Shown here: positions 8,496 through 19,181 of the stretch, in pieces | Position numbering within the stretch: position 1 is the stretch's first letter | Layout of the letters: every line of letters starts with the position of its first letter | Virus record (IMG/VR): IMGVR_UViG_3300042319_001458 | Location: 1 to 59,772 of that record | Origin: a virus | Taxonomy: Duplodnaviria; Caudoviricetes | Direction: 5' to 3' (one strand) | DNA: 59,772 bases | Made by a program: the position numbers and the translations under genes | The notes under the pieces: generated by a model | What the model saw: only the letters and a program-made list of their open reading frames with translations | Databases searched by the model: none | What the model was told of the DNA's origin: nothing

Positions 8496-10469
8496 TTATA
8501 TATTCTCGTTTGCAACCTTTAGAGCACGAACGACATGCTCATCGGGCTGTTCAAGAATTGATTCCGTCGTCTTTTGACCTTCTGCCTTTGCGCGCTCTAC
8601 AGCCGCAATAAGCATTTGAGCCGTCATGCCTCGATTGATCCGGCCACCTGTTGCGCGGCCCGAGCGTTCTTCTCCAGGAAAGTATGGTCTCTCTTCCTGT
8701 GGAGGCGTTGTCGCCTGTGTCGCATAATTAATTATTTCTGGTCTTTGACGTGCAAGAGCTACAGCAGCAGGAGACGCGGCTCTTGTTGCATAATCCATAG
8801 CCGGCATTGCATAGCGATATGGAGCAGAGCCAGCTATCCTGCCAAGACCATAAGAGGTAGCGCCCATCAATGATGGCGATTGAACAGCGCCCTGCATACC
8901 AGCAAGACCAAGAGCTAAGCCTATCCTACTAGGATCCATGCTAACCATCTGCGCGCCAATATTATACATATGCGGCAGCACAGAAAATTTCTCAGCAGTT
9001 CCGGCAGCGCCACGCGCAACGCCACTATGGATACTGTCGCCAGCAACCATAAACGGAATGAGCGGATCCTTTTGACCAAGACGTTCAATTAAAGAAATGC
9101 CTTGCGGTGTTCTTTGAGCTGACATGAATTTCTTCATTTCAGCGTTCGCAGCTGTTTTGCCGCCAGTGCCTAAAGACTTTTGAATGTTTTGCAGATCATC
9201 ATCGATTGCCTGCCACTCATCCATAAGCTTCAAATAATCTGGAGCAACTTGTGCTATTGATGTTTTAACGCCGTTGTAGACGCTCATCAAAGCCTTGTTT
9301 GCGGCTGAGCCCTGCGGATATTGTTTAGCTTTTTCGTAGAGATCTTGCTTGAATTGATCAATGCCAAACAATTGCTTTTCAGCTGATCCAGATGGCGCAA
9401 GATATCTCTTCATGAGACTTCTCTCGACATCGTCAAGAGCGTCTAATGCAGTTGGATCCATCGCATATGTTCTTGAAGGCAATCTTGCCCGAATATCATT
9501 GATAGAATCAAAAGCGGGTTGTAATGGAATATCTACCTTTGTCGCGTTGGTTAAAGCGCCTTTTGTGCTTGCCCAATTGCCAATTGCTTCTTGCCTGACA
9601 GCATCAGCCGCATTGCGAGCACGCGTAGAAAAATCTATTGCATCCCCAGTGCCGCCAGAAAAAGAATTAAAAGCTTCTTTAGCCATCTGGCCCGTAATGG
9701 GTGTAGGAGCAACACCGGGAACTCTCGATGGCATTTGACCAATGATTTCTTCATTTGGAATTTTGCCAGCCTCAAAAGCTTTTTCGTAGCTATAAGTTGG
9801 GACGCCAGTTGAGAGATCGCGTATACCTCGAGCTTTTTCTGCAACACTGCCAACGCCTGTTTTTGCGATGTCCAATGCGCCCTGTGTCGGGTCCATAATA
9901 TCAGTTGCTACGCGGCCGACGCCTTCAATGAGCCTGCCCGTTTTAGGTGCAACCTTACCAACGAGAGTTCCTGCTTTTGTGATACCTCCACCAAATGGCG
10001 TAGCCGCCGTTGATAGGATTTCAAAAGGATCTTCCGCAAGTGATTTTTTAAATCCAGCAACAGACGTGTATGGCTCAACAATTGATTGGAGCGCCTCTTG
10101 CTGAGCTCTTAATTGCTCAGGATCTTTCTCTCGATATAAATTAGCTGCGCCAGCTAGGCCTTTGCCAAGAGTTGATAAAGCCTGACCCGTTTGCTCATAG
10201 TTCATCAAAGCAGATGGCAGAGCAGTTATTGCGCGACCCATGCTAGGAAGAAATTGACCAGACGCCCGACGCGCAACTTCTAACGCAGGCATGTTTTCGT
10301 AATATTCTTTTGGGTGCTCTTCGCCACGCGCAATAAGTGATTGTGCAGGTGGAGGAGCCGCCTTTACAGCAAGAGGCGTGCGAGGAACTGCGGGCTGCTC
10401 TTCAGGCGTTCCAAAGTATGGTCGATCAGACCCCTCTATTGCTCTAAGGCTTAGCGGGTCTTCCATCAT
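8496..10469 (-). CDS. Putative internal virion/DNA ejection protein
   Basis: A/G-rich helical 657-aa protein after the large ejection protein; RATGG motif near the C-terminus. Confidence 0.65.
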   Translation of the reverse strand: MMEDPLSLRAIEGSDRPYFGTPEEQPAVPRTPLAVKAAPPPAQSLIARGEEHPKEYYENMPALEVARRASGQFLPSMGRAITALPSALMNYEQTGQALSTLGKGLAGAANLYREKDPEQLRAQQEALQSIVEPYTSVAGFKKSLAEDPFEILSTAATPFGGGITKAGTLVGKVAPKTGRLIEGVGRVATDIMDPTQGALDIAKTGVGSVAEKARGIRDLSTGVPTYSYEKAFEAGKIPNEEIIGQMPSRVPGVAPTPITGQMAKEAFNSFSGGTGDAIDFSTRARNAADAVRQEAIGNWASTKGALTNATKVDIPLQPAFDSINDIRARLPSRTYAMDPTALDALDDVERSLMKRYLAPSGSAEKQLFGIDQFKQDLYEKAKQYPQGSAANKALMSVYNGVKTSIAQVAPDYLKLMDEWQAIDDDLQNIQKSLGTGGKTAANAEMKKFMSAQRTPQGISLIERLGQKDPLIPFMVAGDSIHSGVARGAAGTAEKFSVLPHMYNIGAQMVSMDPSRIGLALGLAGMQGAVQSPSLMGATSYGLGRIAGSAPYRYAMPAMDYATRAASPAAVALARQRPEIINYATQATTPPQEERPYFPGEERSGRATGGRINRGMTAQMLIAAVERAKAEGQKTTESILEQPDEHVVRALKVANENI

Positions 10470-13400
10470 GGCCTCCCTGGAGCAGTTGTTCTTTGAACTC
10501 TATCAACAGTTGGGAAAAATTCAGAAATGCCATCAGGAGCTTTTGCTCCAAAGCCGCCACTGCCATCAGGCTTTTTAGGACTATGGATAAAATCTTCTAT
10601 TTCTTGCGCAGTTAAACTGCCAGACATAAGCCGTTTAAACGTAGCAGGATCTTGCTTCATTATGTAGGCAATAATGTCCTGAGACTTTTTGTATTCGGCT
10701 TCCCGGTGCTTGTCTCTAAAGTCTTGGCCAGCGCCTTGCAGATTGCCTCTAGCGTCTCTGTTCCATCTATTCATATGAGCTTCGCGATCCATGGATTTCT
10801 TGCGGATCACCATCAGCTCAGCCATTAGTTTTGCGCCCGCATCTGGGCTCATTTCAAGATTAGGTATGGCGTCCTTAATTGCAGAAAGAGCCGCGTAGCT
10901 ATCTTGGTTCATGCCGCTTGCAGATTGGCCGGCAAGTAGCTGCTGGATCTTTGCAACGACCTCTGAATTTGATGGCAAGCTGCTAAGGTCTTCCTTACCG
11001 CCAAGATTGCGATACAGGAAGTTTGCCATGGACAATGCTTTTGCACGCGAACCGGCTTTCCAACCAGCCATGCCAGCGCCTGTATTGCTGTAAACGTCTG
11101 CAAGGCTTCCTGCCAATTCGTCAATAAATGGCGAGTTGTTTCTAGCATTCATTGCCTGCTGCGTTACATCAGCGCGATATGCTTCAGAATCTTTTCTTGC
11201 GTTAGCTGATGCAGGGCCACCGGCATAAATTAATCTTGCCGCTTCTTTTGCTCTGCGAGAGGAATCATCGTCGTAGACCACGCCAATTGGAAGCTTTTCT
11301 TCAACTTTTGGCTGCGTGAATTTAGAAGCGTCAGATGGTGGCGTGCCAGGAGCAGGCTCCGTTGTTCCCGGCGCTTTTGTCGTCGTTGTTGGCGACGTGA
11401 CATATTGCGTAATTGCCATTTGCGCGTTTTGTGGAACAGCGCCAGCAAGTTCAGGCTGCTTGCCACTTTCAACAGCTGACATATAGCTATCGAGCGGAAG
11501 CACAGATCCGTCTCTGAGGAAGACAAAATTACCAAACTCTGACGTGTAAAGAGAATTGCGCAGATTTTGAATATTCTGCCCAACAGTCTCCGCACCCATT
11601 TTTGTGCCAAGTATATTTCTAGCGCGCGTCTCTTCAGATTCTGTTGCTGTCTCCTGACGGCGCTTATCAATTTCAGACTGCTTGGCTTGCATATCCATAT
11701 AGCTGCCAGCGCCAGCTCCAAGGCCTTCCGCAATCGCGCCAAGAGCGTAGCGGTTCTTTGAACCAGCCATGGCTCCCAAGCCCTGCAGGACAGGCAGGAT
11801 CAAGCTTTCAGGATGCTCTTGCGTGCGCTCCATAAAGCCTTTTTCTTTTACCTGAGCCGATCCCAAGCCGGCTTGTGGTCCAGGCGCTTCAGTCGTTGGA
11901 CGATCGGGATACATCGCCATCATTTCGCGACGTGGATCACCTCTTGGAATATTTACATCCGCTTCGCCAAGGCCTTTCTTATACATGGCCTGATATTGCG
12001 GAATAGATGTTCCTAAAACATCACGCGCGCCCATATGCTTTTCATAGCCAGGACCGCCAAACCACATTGCAGCAGCGCCTTCTGGCGTTCCTGCTTTACC
12101 AAGATACTCGCCAAACTTATTGCGCGCGACAGCTTCTTGCGCGTCTTTGCTCGCAAGAAATTCATCTCTAGTCATTGCGCGACCGAGAGCTTCCTTTGTC
12201 CATGAAGGAACATTGCCCTCCATGACTTGATACTTGCCAAGAGCGCGGCCGTATTTCGTCTGCGGACCAACAGTGGCATAAGGATCTTTTCTTCCGCCAG
12301 ATTCAATCCGGGCAAGAGGGCGCAAATAATAATCTGCTTCTTCAGCTGTTAGGCCGCCCTCTTGATATTCAGCTCTACCGCCATCAGCCATGCCCAAAGC
12401 ACCAAGGCCAGATGAGACAAGCGCGCCTGAACCAGGCAAGAAATAATTAGCCGCCAAGCCAGCGCCGGCCTTAAGCAGGCCTCCAAGTCCGCCCTTTTGC
12501 TCTTGAGGAGCTTGTTGTGGCTGCTGAGGCTTAGAGACCTGAATAGGATTGCTCAATAAGTCCTGCATGGCGTCGCTATGAACATCGCCGCCTGCAGCTT
12601 TGCCTGTTGCAACTGCGCCAAGCGTATCCATCCATGATTCTGGATGAGCTTTGCGAGCCTCGCGGACTTGCAAACCTAACTTGCCTAGCTCTGCGCCCTT
12701 CGTGAGCATTGAACCAAGGCCGCCGGAAGACGCTCTGCTTTCCGGCAGGCGAGCCTCGAGCTGCTGCGCCGGGCGTATATCAGCCGTTGGGAATGCGACG
12801 TCTTCCATGTGCGGCATAATCCCAGCGCGATGTTGGGCAACAATGCTTTCAAAGCCAGCGTCACCGCCATAAGCATAACCGCCATCGGCATATCCCCCGC
12901 GTGAATAGTCGCCAGCCTCGTCAACAGCGCCGCCCATGCGAGCTCCGCCAAGACCTTCGTCGTAGCCATGGATCGCGCCACCGTCGGCGGCAAAGCCGCC
13001 AAAGAACGGCATTTGCTGGTAACCCATGGACGTTGACCCCATGAGTGGTCCAAGGCCTCCAGCAGCCTGTGCATAGAGCTGAGCCGTCTGTAGGGGATAC
13101 ATGCGCTCTTTTTGGAACTCGTTATAGAGGGCCTGTTTTTGGGCCGTCTCGGTTTGCTGCTGAAGCGTGCCAGCCTGCAACTGCGCCGATGCTTGCTTAA
13201 GAGCAGCATCTTGAGCTGCCGTGCCAAGGCCGCCAGCCTGTGCGCCGGCACCAAGAAGACGTTGGAGATTTGCAGCCTCGATACCTTGCTGGCCCTGGGC
13301 CGTCTGAAGGGCCTGACCATAGCCGGTCTGATAAAGCGGGCTGAGGGCTTGACCCAAAGCAAGACCTTGTTGGCCGCGCAGCAGTGCGCGTTCAACGCCT

Positions 13401-13831
13401 GCACGCTCGCCGCCAAAAGCGCCGCTCTTAATTGCCTGAGCCTGCTGTTGAGCCTGCTGCATGCCGAATTGCTGGCGAAGAGCATTCTGCACAGGGTCAA
13501 CGACCTGCGACATATAAGGGTTCATATATTCTTGGATTTGACCGCTTGTTAATCGATTAACAGGCGCAGCGCCGGCAAGCGTCATAGCGCCAGCCGTGCG
13601 ATAGTAAGGGTCCGTCATGCCCTGGAGGCCCGTCACATTCTGGATTGCTCCAGTTTGCGTTGACGTCAGAGGCGCAACATATGCGTTAGGATCAGAGCTA
13701 TATTTCTGGAATGGCTGAGACGTCGCTTGCGAGATACGATCCATTGCCGAGGAGTAGGCCGAAGCCGCCGGCAAGGAGGGATAAGCAACTTGCTGTGATG
13801 TCTGCTGAACGCCTTTGCCGCCACCGCACAT
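10466..13831 (-). CDS. Large internal virion/ejection protein with central lytic transglycosylase-like domain
   Basis: MCGGGKG start, Q/G-rich N-terminal third, ARIESGG...ALGKYQVM...EFLASKDAQEAVA...AAMWFGG lysozyme-like motifs. Confidence 0.78.
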   Translation of the reverse strand: MCGGGKGVQQTSQQVAYPSLPAASAYSSAMDRISQATSQPFQKYSSDPNAYVAPLTSTQTGAIQNVTGLQGMTDPYYRTAGAMTLAGAAPVNRLTSGQIQEYMNPYMSQVVDPVQNALRQQFGMQQAQQQAQAIKSGAFGGERAGVERALLRGQQGLALGQALSPLYQTGYGQALQTAQGQQGIEAANLQRLLGAGAQAGGLGTAAQDAALKQASAQLQAGTLQQQTETAQKQALYNEFQKERMYPLQTAQLYAQAAGGLGPLMGSTSMGYQQMPFFGGFAADGGAIHGYDEGLGGARMGGAVDEAGDYSRGGYADGGYAYGGDAGFESIVAQHRAGIMPHMEDVAFPTADIRPAQQLEARLPESRASSGGLGSMLTKGAELGKLGLQVREARKAHPESWMDTLGAVATGKAAGGDVHSDAMQDLLSNPIQVSKPQQPQQAPQEQKGGLGGLLKAGAGLAANYFLPGSGALVSSGLGALGMADGGRAEYQEGGLTAEEADYYLRPLARIESGGRKDPYATVGPQTKYGRALGKYQVMEGNVPSWTKEALGRAMTRDEFLASKDAQEAVARNKFGEYLGKAGTPEGAAAMWFGGPGYEKHMGARDVLGTSIPQYQAMYKKGLGEADVNIPRGDPRREMMAMYPDRPTTEAPGPQAGLGSAQVKEKGFMERTQEHPESLILPVLQGLGAMAGSKNRYALGAIAEGLGAGAGSYMDMQAKQSEIDKRRQETATESEETRARNILGTKMGAETVGQNIQNLRNSLYTSEFGNFVFLRDGSVLPLDSYMSAVESGKQPELAGAVPQNAQMAITQYVTSPTTTTKAPGTTEPAPGTPPSDASKFTQPKVEEKLPIGVVYDDDSSRRAKEAARLIYAGGPASANARKDSEAYRADVTQQAMNARNNSPFIDELAGSLADVYSNTGAGMAGWKAGSRAKALSMANFLYRNLGGKEDLSSLPSNSEVVAKIQQLLAGQSASGMNQDSYAALSAIKDAIPNLEMSPDAGAKLMAELMVIRKKSMDREAHMNRWNRDARGNLQGAGQDFRDKHREAEYKKSQDIIAYIMKQDPATFKRLMSGSLTAQEIEDFIHSPKKPDGSGGFGAKAPDGISEFFPTVDRVQRTTAPGRP

Positions 13832-14344
13832 TTATTTCTCTCCGCCTATGCCAGACTGGCTATTCTTGTTCCAAGCGCCAGTATGCGCCCCATAAAGAAA
13901 AAACGCGCCGGCAGGATCACCAAAAACCCTTTTATACATTTCTACTTTTCCCTGTGTCCGCTGATTAGACAGAATGCCAATCAGCAAGGGAAGACCCAAT
14001 TCATCAGCTACTTTTTTACTAAATTCACAGAGCTTTCGGGCCCTTCCACCCTTGGCGCTTCTGAATTTCTTGCTGACAAAAACCGTCTTTTCTTCAATAA
14101 TCTCGGCTTGACTATACCATGTATTGCCAACCCGGAGAAGCACGAAGCCTTCTAGCATGTCTCCCGTGTTACCAATAACGCCGACAATGCCATGATCGTT
14201 ATGCAGGGCAGCCCAAATTTCCCCAGCAACCATTTCTAATGTCGGCGCAAACAAACCATTTTCCATTGAAACCTGAGACGCGAGCTGCATGACGCCTTCA
14301 AAATCCTCCGGCGTAGCAACCCTAACGTGAACTTCATTCTCCAT
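13832..14344 (-). CDS. GNAT-fold acetyltransferase-like protein
   Basis: VRVATPEDF...FVSKKFRSAKGGRARKLCEF...MYKR; sits just before the ejection genes. Confidence 0.7.
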   Translation of the reverse strand: MENEVHVRVATPEDFEGVMQLASQVSMENGLFAPTLEMVAGEIWAALHNDHGIVGVIGNTGDMLEGFVLLRVGNTWYSQAEIIEEKTVFVSKKFRSAKGGRARKLCEFSKKVADELGLPLLIGILSNQRTQGKVEMYKRVFGDPAGAFFLYGAHTGAWNKNSQSGIGGEK

Positions 14345-14355
14345 GCGATTCCCCT

Positions 14356-14865
14356 TTAATCGCGCTTCGGACCTGGCAACTTACTAAGCGTTTGGATTGT
14401 TTTGGCTCGATAATCCTTAACAAACTCATCAAGATTCTTATGCCCTGCGTCGACATCGCCGCCGCCAATTCTATTAGCAACATTCTCGGGAGTAATCACA
14501 TACTCGCCGCCAGCTGCAACTATTTCAACTGGTTCGTGCTCGGGGCTGTTTTGTTGGACGCCGAAGACGGTATTGGCATATTTGAACCCGGCCATCGTGT
14601 TCCCTTCACCCATTGCCGAGATAATGTCGGCGGGGATGACGTAGGAACCTGAAGGAACATTGATTGGAAGATGATCAGTGCGGCCAGCAACATTACTGTG
14701 AATAGGCCCAACATGAATTTTTTCACTTACGCCGCCTTCCGCGCGAGCTCGCCGAGACTGGCTCAAGGCAGCCGCAATTGCTTGTTGCTGCGGATGGCCA
14801 GCATGCATCATTTCCCTGATGTTTGAGCTAATCGTTTCTTGGCTTTTGCCTTTAAGAAGTGGCAT
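14356..14865 (-). CDS. Small virion protein with AxGG / D..P...G.YV motifs (tape-measure C-terminal-like module)
   Basis: RAEGGV...GPIHS...GRTDHLPINVPSGSYVIPADII and AGGEYVITPENV. Confidence 0.7.
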   Translation of the reverse strand: MPLLKGKSQETISSNIREMMHAGHPQQQAIAAALSQSRRARAEGGVSEKIHVGPIHSNVAGRTDHLPINVPSGSYVIPADIISAMGEGNTMAGFKYANTVFGVQQNSPEHEPVEIVAAGGEYVITPENVANRIGGGDVDAGHKNLDEFVKDYRAKTIQTLSKLPGPKRD

Positions 14866-14873
14866 GTTTCACC

Positions 14874-15485
14874 CTATGAAATCGAATAGGTTACATTCAC
14901 GAACTGGCTTGCGGCGGGAATAGCCACAAGACCATAAGTGAAATTGACATTGATCGGATATGTCCCAAGCGTTCCGTTTAAAGAAGACAAAAGCAAATTT
15001 CTGTCGGTCGTATAATCGTAGATCTTGAAGACAATGCCAGCAATGGTCTGCGCTGCTGTCGTCGCATTGCTATATGAAAATGTATTATTTGTTGTATCAA
15101 CAGCCGTCACAACTGCTGATGTCGTATTATATCCAGAAGGCGTCATATTATAAATTGCAACTCTGTCATTCACTTTAAATGCATTGACGCCAGCATAGCC
15201 AACAGTCGCAATTGATCCAGTTCCTGTTGCACTCGTTGTCGCAAATGAAACAGAATCATAAATAAGTCCTGTCGTAGAGCCGCCTGTTGCAGCTGTCGTG
15301 TAAGAGACAAATCGACCAGAACCTCGAGCAACAGTTTGAGCCGTTGTTGATGTAATAGAACCTGATGTTGTCGCGCCTGCAAGATAGACGTAACTCGTGT
15401 AAAACGATCCCAAAGATTGAGATAAATTGTTGATGGCGACAACGCCATTTTTCTGTGTGGTGAGAATATCGTCGAGCGTAGCCAA
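14874..15485 (-). CDS. Putative tail protein
   Basis: T/S-rich beta protein directly after the nozzle gene. Confidence 0.7.
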   Translation of the reverse strand: MATLDDILTTQKNGVVAINNLSQSLGSFYTSYVYLAGATTSGSITSTTAQTVARGSGRFVSYTTAATGGSTTGLIYDSVSFATTSATGTGSIATVGYAGVNAFKVNDRVAIYNMTPSGYNTTSAVVTAVDTTNNTFSYSNATTAAQTIAGIVFKIYDYTTDRNLLLSSLNGTLGTYPINVNFTYGLVAIPAASQFVNVTYSIS

Positions 15486-18317
15486 TTAGAACTTCCCATC
15501 TTGTTCGAAGCGATACCGCATGGCTCCAAGACGCCAGAAAGTTCCTGTTTCATTTAAATCGCTTTGTATCTTTATCGACAAAAGGCGGCCGCGGAAACGA
15601 GGAGAGATAAATTCTGTGTCTATTGATATGTTGTAAGGACCATATGTTCTTGGCGTCTGACCAGGATAGTCCGTCACATAGAATGTAAGCAGTATATGCG
15701 CATTCTGGTTGCCATTGTAGAGGCCCCATTTCATGTCAGGCCATACTTGATCAACGAACAATTTAAATTCGCCATCAGAGATAACAAAGTAACCAGTCTG
15801 GAATGAGCTCTCCATAGCTTGGCCGTCAGCATCTTGGCCTATTTCATGCTGGTAAATATAATAAGTTCCTTGATCATCTATGCCAGCGCCGATTGGCGGA
15901 CCAAGAACAGACTGATTGATCCAAGCCGTTCTTGAAAGCGTGCCAAAGTCCCACTGACGAAGAGCAATATTATATTTAACGTAAGCGTTTACTTCGCCGC
16001 CGTTACTCAGCGTTGGATAATACCAAGTAATTTCACTAAAGCGCGAATTAGGCGCAACGCGGATCTTGTCCAAATTGCTTGTATCTAAGTCTTGGAAAAT
16101 CACGTCCCAAATAGGGCATGAAATTATTTCAACGCCACTTGAGCCGAGCATAAAGAACTGGCTTTGGCTCATCCAATAAACAATGCCGTTCATGGATGCA
16201 GCTGCCTTACGCGAGATAAGGCCGCAACCTGTGCCGACTTCGTTGAACTGGTAGACGTAAGGAGGGCCAACATATTGCATGGCCCATACAGCTAAATCGG
16301 TCCAAACAAGACCTTGTTGCGGGCCTTGGATACAGCCAACAACTCGAGAACCGCGTGGCAAACGATATGATCCGGCTTGATTAGTCGGCAGAGCAATCCA
16401 TGATGTGTAATCATTAACATCACACCAGCGAATCAACAATGGATCTTGAATGCCAGTAAATGTAGAGCCCCAGGCAATAATTTGACGCTGAGGCATGGCG
16501 ACAAACATGCCGTCATTTACAGGAGGGGCTTCTGCAATAATTGAAGCGAGAGAAGAGCCTGTATCTGGGCTCCAAATAAATATGCCATCTCCCACAGGAC
16601 ATGACAGGAAATCTGATCCCCAGTTGTCCAGCGTCCATTCTGTGACAGTAATCGGTGCGCCAGCTGTTGTAAGATTGGTAACAGTTCCTGCGACTGTCTG
16701 AGATCCAGTCGTTGTGCCTGCAAAGGTAATCTGATTCGTTGCTGGTATTGAGGTGACTGTATAAAGGCCGTTGTATCCCGTTGGCGTTACGCCGCTTATT
16801 AAAGCCTGATCGCCAACATTAAATAAATTTGTTGAATTATATGTGATCGTAACGACAGAACCTGTTCCAGACGTTGCCGTTGTCGCTGCAGATGGACTTG
16901 GCGGGATAACGCCATTTCCAAAACCGCCAACGCCATATCCGCCAACGCCAAATCCTGTGCCGGTCGGAAGAGGAGCAGGTGAGCGATAAACAACAATGTC
17001 AGCAAAGCCTGCATTCGAAAGAGCGTATGTGACAAGTAGCGTGCAGGATTGCAGCCCTGTAGAAACGACAGTTGTCGTTGCGTTTAAATATTTTATTTCT
17101 GTGTATGTTGATGTCGTTGATACATCTACAACGCGTGTATTGGTTGCATTATATCCAGCCGTTGGACAGTTTTCGATCGTTATAGAATCGCCTCTTGTTA
17201 CGCCATATCCCAGCGGAACGCGAACGGATGCCACTGTTCCAGTGCCCTCAAAATATATTGGCGTTGCTCTTGTCGCCGTATTATCAGCGCCAATACTAAA
17301 TTGCGTTGTCGCGTTAGCACCGTTTTCATCGCCAACATTCAAGACGGTATAATTACCAAGAAGGCGAACCGTGCCGGCATCAACGGCATCAATTACTGGA
17401 AATATATCTCCAGCCTGATAATTATGATTGGGGAAATATACATAAACTATCGATTGTTCATTCGTAAATCTGAACACAGGCATATCGCCCAAGCCAGGAT
17501 TTACTGACGCTGAATTAGTAACGGCAGGCTGAGGATCGCCTAAAGCATCTCGAGCAGTGATTTGAAAGTTATTTATGCTGACATATTGCGTTCTATACAA
17601 ACCAAATAAAACAATGCCACCAACGCTTATTGGCGTTTTAATATAAATTGAACTGTAGCTATTAAGATTAGAGCCCGGGATATAAACATCTACCGTTGCA
17701 GATCCAGCTCTTGTAACAAAGCCGTTGCCATAGCCTACGCTTCCGCCCGTAGCCGTAGCGGCCGCAAGTGTGGAGATTGTAAATTGAAACTGATTATAGG
17801 CAGGAACTGCCGTTACAACGAATGATCCGTTGTAATAGGAATCTGACATGCCAGTAATATAAATGTAATCGCCTATCTCAAAGAAATGATAGCCCGTAAT
17901 CGTTATTGTCGCCGTTGAGCCAGAAGCGGCACCAGTGCAGGCAAAGAAAAACGGCGTATAAATACTTGCAGACTGCGTATAAATGCCAAGATCAAGTTCA
18001 GTGATTGTTGGCGTTAAAACTTCTCTCTGGCCGTTTGAAATAACAGAAAGACCAGCGCCGTTATTTGCATCGCCTTCTGCGCCTACGCCAAGATATGTTG
18101 TCGCGTTTGTATCTTCCCATGCCCATAGAGCCCTGACGACAGTTGGAAGAGCGGCATTAAAATATTTAACCCATCCGCCTAGCTTTTGAACAAGCGCAAT
18201 ATTCTGCTTATCAGGGACAAAACGTATAAGATTGCTTTCAGATATCGCGGCTTCGTTTAATGCAAGCGTGCGATTCTGATCTACGCCAGGGATAAGCTTT
18301 AGCGTTGAATGCGGCAT
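15486..18317 (-). CDS. Tail nozzle/stabilisation protein (P22 gp10 / T7 gp12-like position)
   Basis: 943 aa, beta-propeller-like; LIRWCD..DYT.W, GCGLIS, R.RGR...IKI, WRLG..R motifs; inserted T-rich domains. Confidence 0.8.
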   Translation of the reverse strand: MPHSTLKLIPGVDQNRTLALNEAAISESNLIRFVPDKQNIALVQKLGGWVKYFNAALPTVVRALWAWEDTNATTYLGVGAEGDANNGAGLSVISNGQREVLTPTITELDLGIYTQSASIYTPFFFACTGAASGSTATITITGYHFFEIGDYIYITGMSDSYYNGSFVVTAVPAYNQFQFTISTLAAATATGGSVGYGNGFVTRAGSATVDVYIPGSNLNSYSSIYIKTPISVGGIVLFGLYRTQYVSINNFQITARDALGDPQPAVTNSASVNPGLGDMPVFRFTNEQSIVYVYFPNHNYQAGDIFPVIDAVDAGTVRLLGNYTVLNVGDENGANATTQFSIGADNTATRATPIYFEGTGTVASVRVPLGYGVTRGDSITIENCPTAGYNATNTRVVDVSTTSTYTEIKYLNATTTVVSTGLQSCTLLVTYALSNAGFADIVVYRSPAPLPTGTGFGVGGYGVGGFGNGVIPPSPSAATTATSGTGSVVTITYNSTNLFNVGDQALISGVTPTGYNGLYTVTSIPATNQITFAGTTTGSQTVAGTVTNLTTAGAPITVTEWTLDNWGSDFLSCPVGDGIFIWSPDTGSSLASIIAEAPPVNDGMFVAMPQRQIIAWGSTFTGIQDPLLIRWCDVNDYTSWIALPTNQAGSYRLPRGSRVVGCIQGPQQGLVWTDLAVWAMQYVGPPYVYQFNEVGTGCGLISRKAAASMNGIVYWMSQSQFFMLGSSGVEIISCPIWDVIFQDLDTSNLDKIRVAPNSRFSEITWYYPTLSNGGEVNAYVKYNIALRQWDFGTLSRTAWINQSVLGPPIGAGIDDQGTYYIYQHEIGQDADGQAMESSFQTGYFVISDGEFKLFVDQVWPDMKWGLYNGNQNAHILLTFYVTDYPGQTPRTYGPYNISIDTEFISPRFRGRLLSIKIQSDLNETGTFWRLGAMRYRFEQDGKF

Positions 18318-18322
18318 CTATA

Positions 18323-19132
18323 TCACCGTGTCGGCGTAGCGGTTGTAGAAGTGCTTTGCGATGACCACGCAGCCGCCTCGAACTTCTTGCGGTTTTCTTC
18401 AGACATCGCGCTCTTCAACAGTGTTTGATACTGCGTCTCATATGTGATTGGCATTTGTGGATCATTGCCTAGCGCGCTTGAGAAGTTGCGCTGATAGGCA
18501 GCAATATAGATCATGCTTGCCAATATCATTAATTCAGGCAGGTAAAGACTGATAAATGTTGTCGTCGTTGTGCTTGCAAAATTAGGATATGCAGCACCTG
18601 TATAGGTTATATAATTTGCCAAGAATGTTGCATCAGACGCACCAGGGCCAAGGCTCTGTGGGCGATAAGTTCCAACTAATTCGACAGTGTAATTTTGATC
18701 AGGGAAGGGTCCGACGTAAAAAGTATAATCATCGAACGGGCAGAAATATTTTGGCATCGCCGTGTAGGTGTAATCACCATAGACGGCGTCTAGAAATTCT
18801 TTTGTCGTCGGCAAAAGAGGATATCGTATTGCCGCGTTAGGGTCAGACACGCCGATCGGCGTTAAGACGTTAATCTGCTCGGGCACAACAAATGTGCCGG
18901 CTGGGACAGATAGCTGCCGATTGCCCGTGGTGAGCGTGTAGGACGTGGTCGAGATTGACGTGAACAGAAAGTCGAGATCTCGATATATTCTATTTTCGGC
19001 GTAGGAAATCATCGCCGGGAGGATGGTCAAAAAATTAGGGTCAGTCGTATCGACGACTGCCATCGTAGCTATTTGGTTCAAATAGTTCGCGCCCGTAGCC
19101 GGCGTGCCGTTAAAGCTAAGACCTGTCGTCAT
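18323..19132 (-). CDS. Tail adaptor/head-closure protein
   Basis: ISYAENRIYRDL, VGPFPDQNYTVEL, TTFIS.YLPEL; upstream of the nozzle gene. Confidence 0.75.
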   Translation of the reverse strand: MTTGLSFNGTPATGANYLNQIATMAVVDTTDPNFLTILPAMISYAENRIYRDLDFLFTSISTTSYTLTTGNRQLSVPAGTFVVPEQINVLTPIGVSDPNAAIRYPLLPTTKEFLDAVYGDYTYTAMPKYFCPFDDYTFYVGPFPDQNYTVELVGTYRPQSLGPGASDATFLANYITYTGAAYPNFASTTTTTFISLYLPELMILASMIYIAAYQRNFSSALGNDPQMPITYETQYQTLLKSAMSEENRKKFEAAAWSSQSTSTTATPTR

Positions 19133-19181
19133 CTAGAACCCCATAATTTAGGGCAGTTTACCATAAGACAGGGCCCGAAAG

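Noticed and set aside
12685-13500. 271-aa same-strand alternative-frame ORF inside the ejection gene
   Set aside because: R/L/S/A-rich composition typical of an off-frame read and no clear SD, unlike the nested ORF at 44264-44548.
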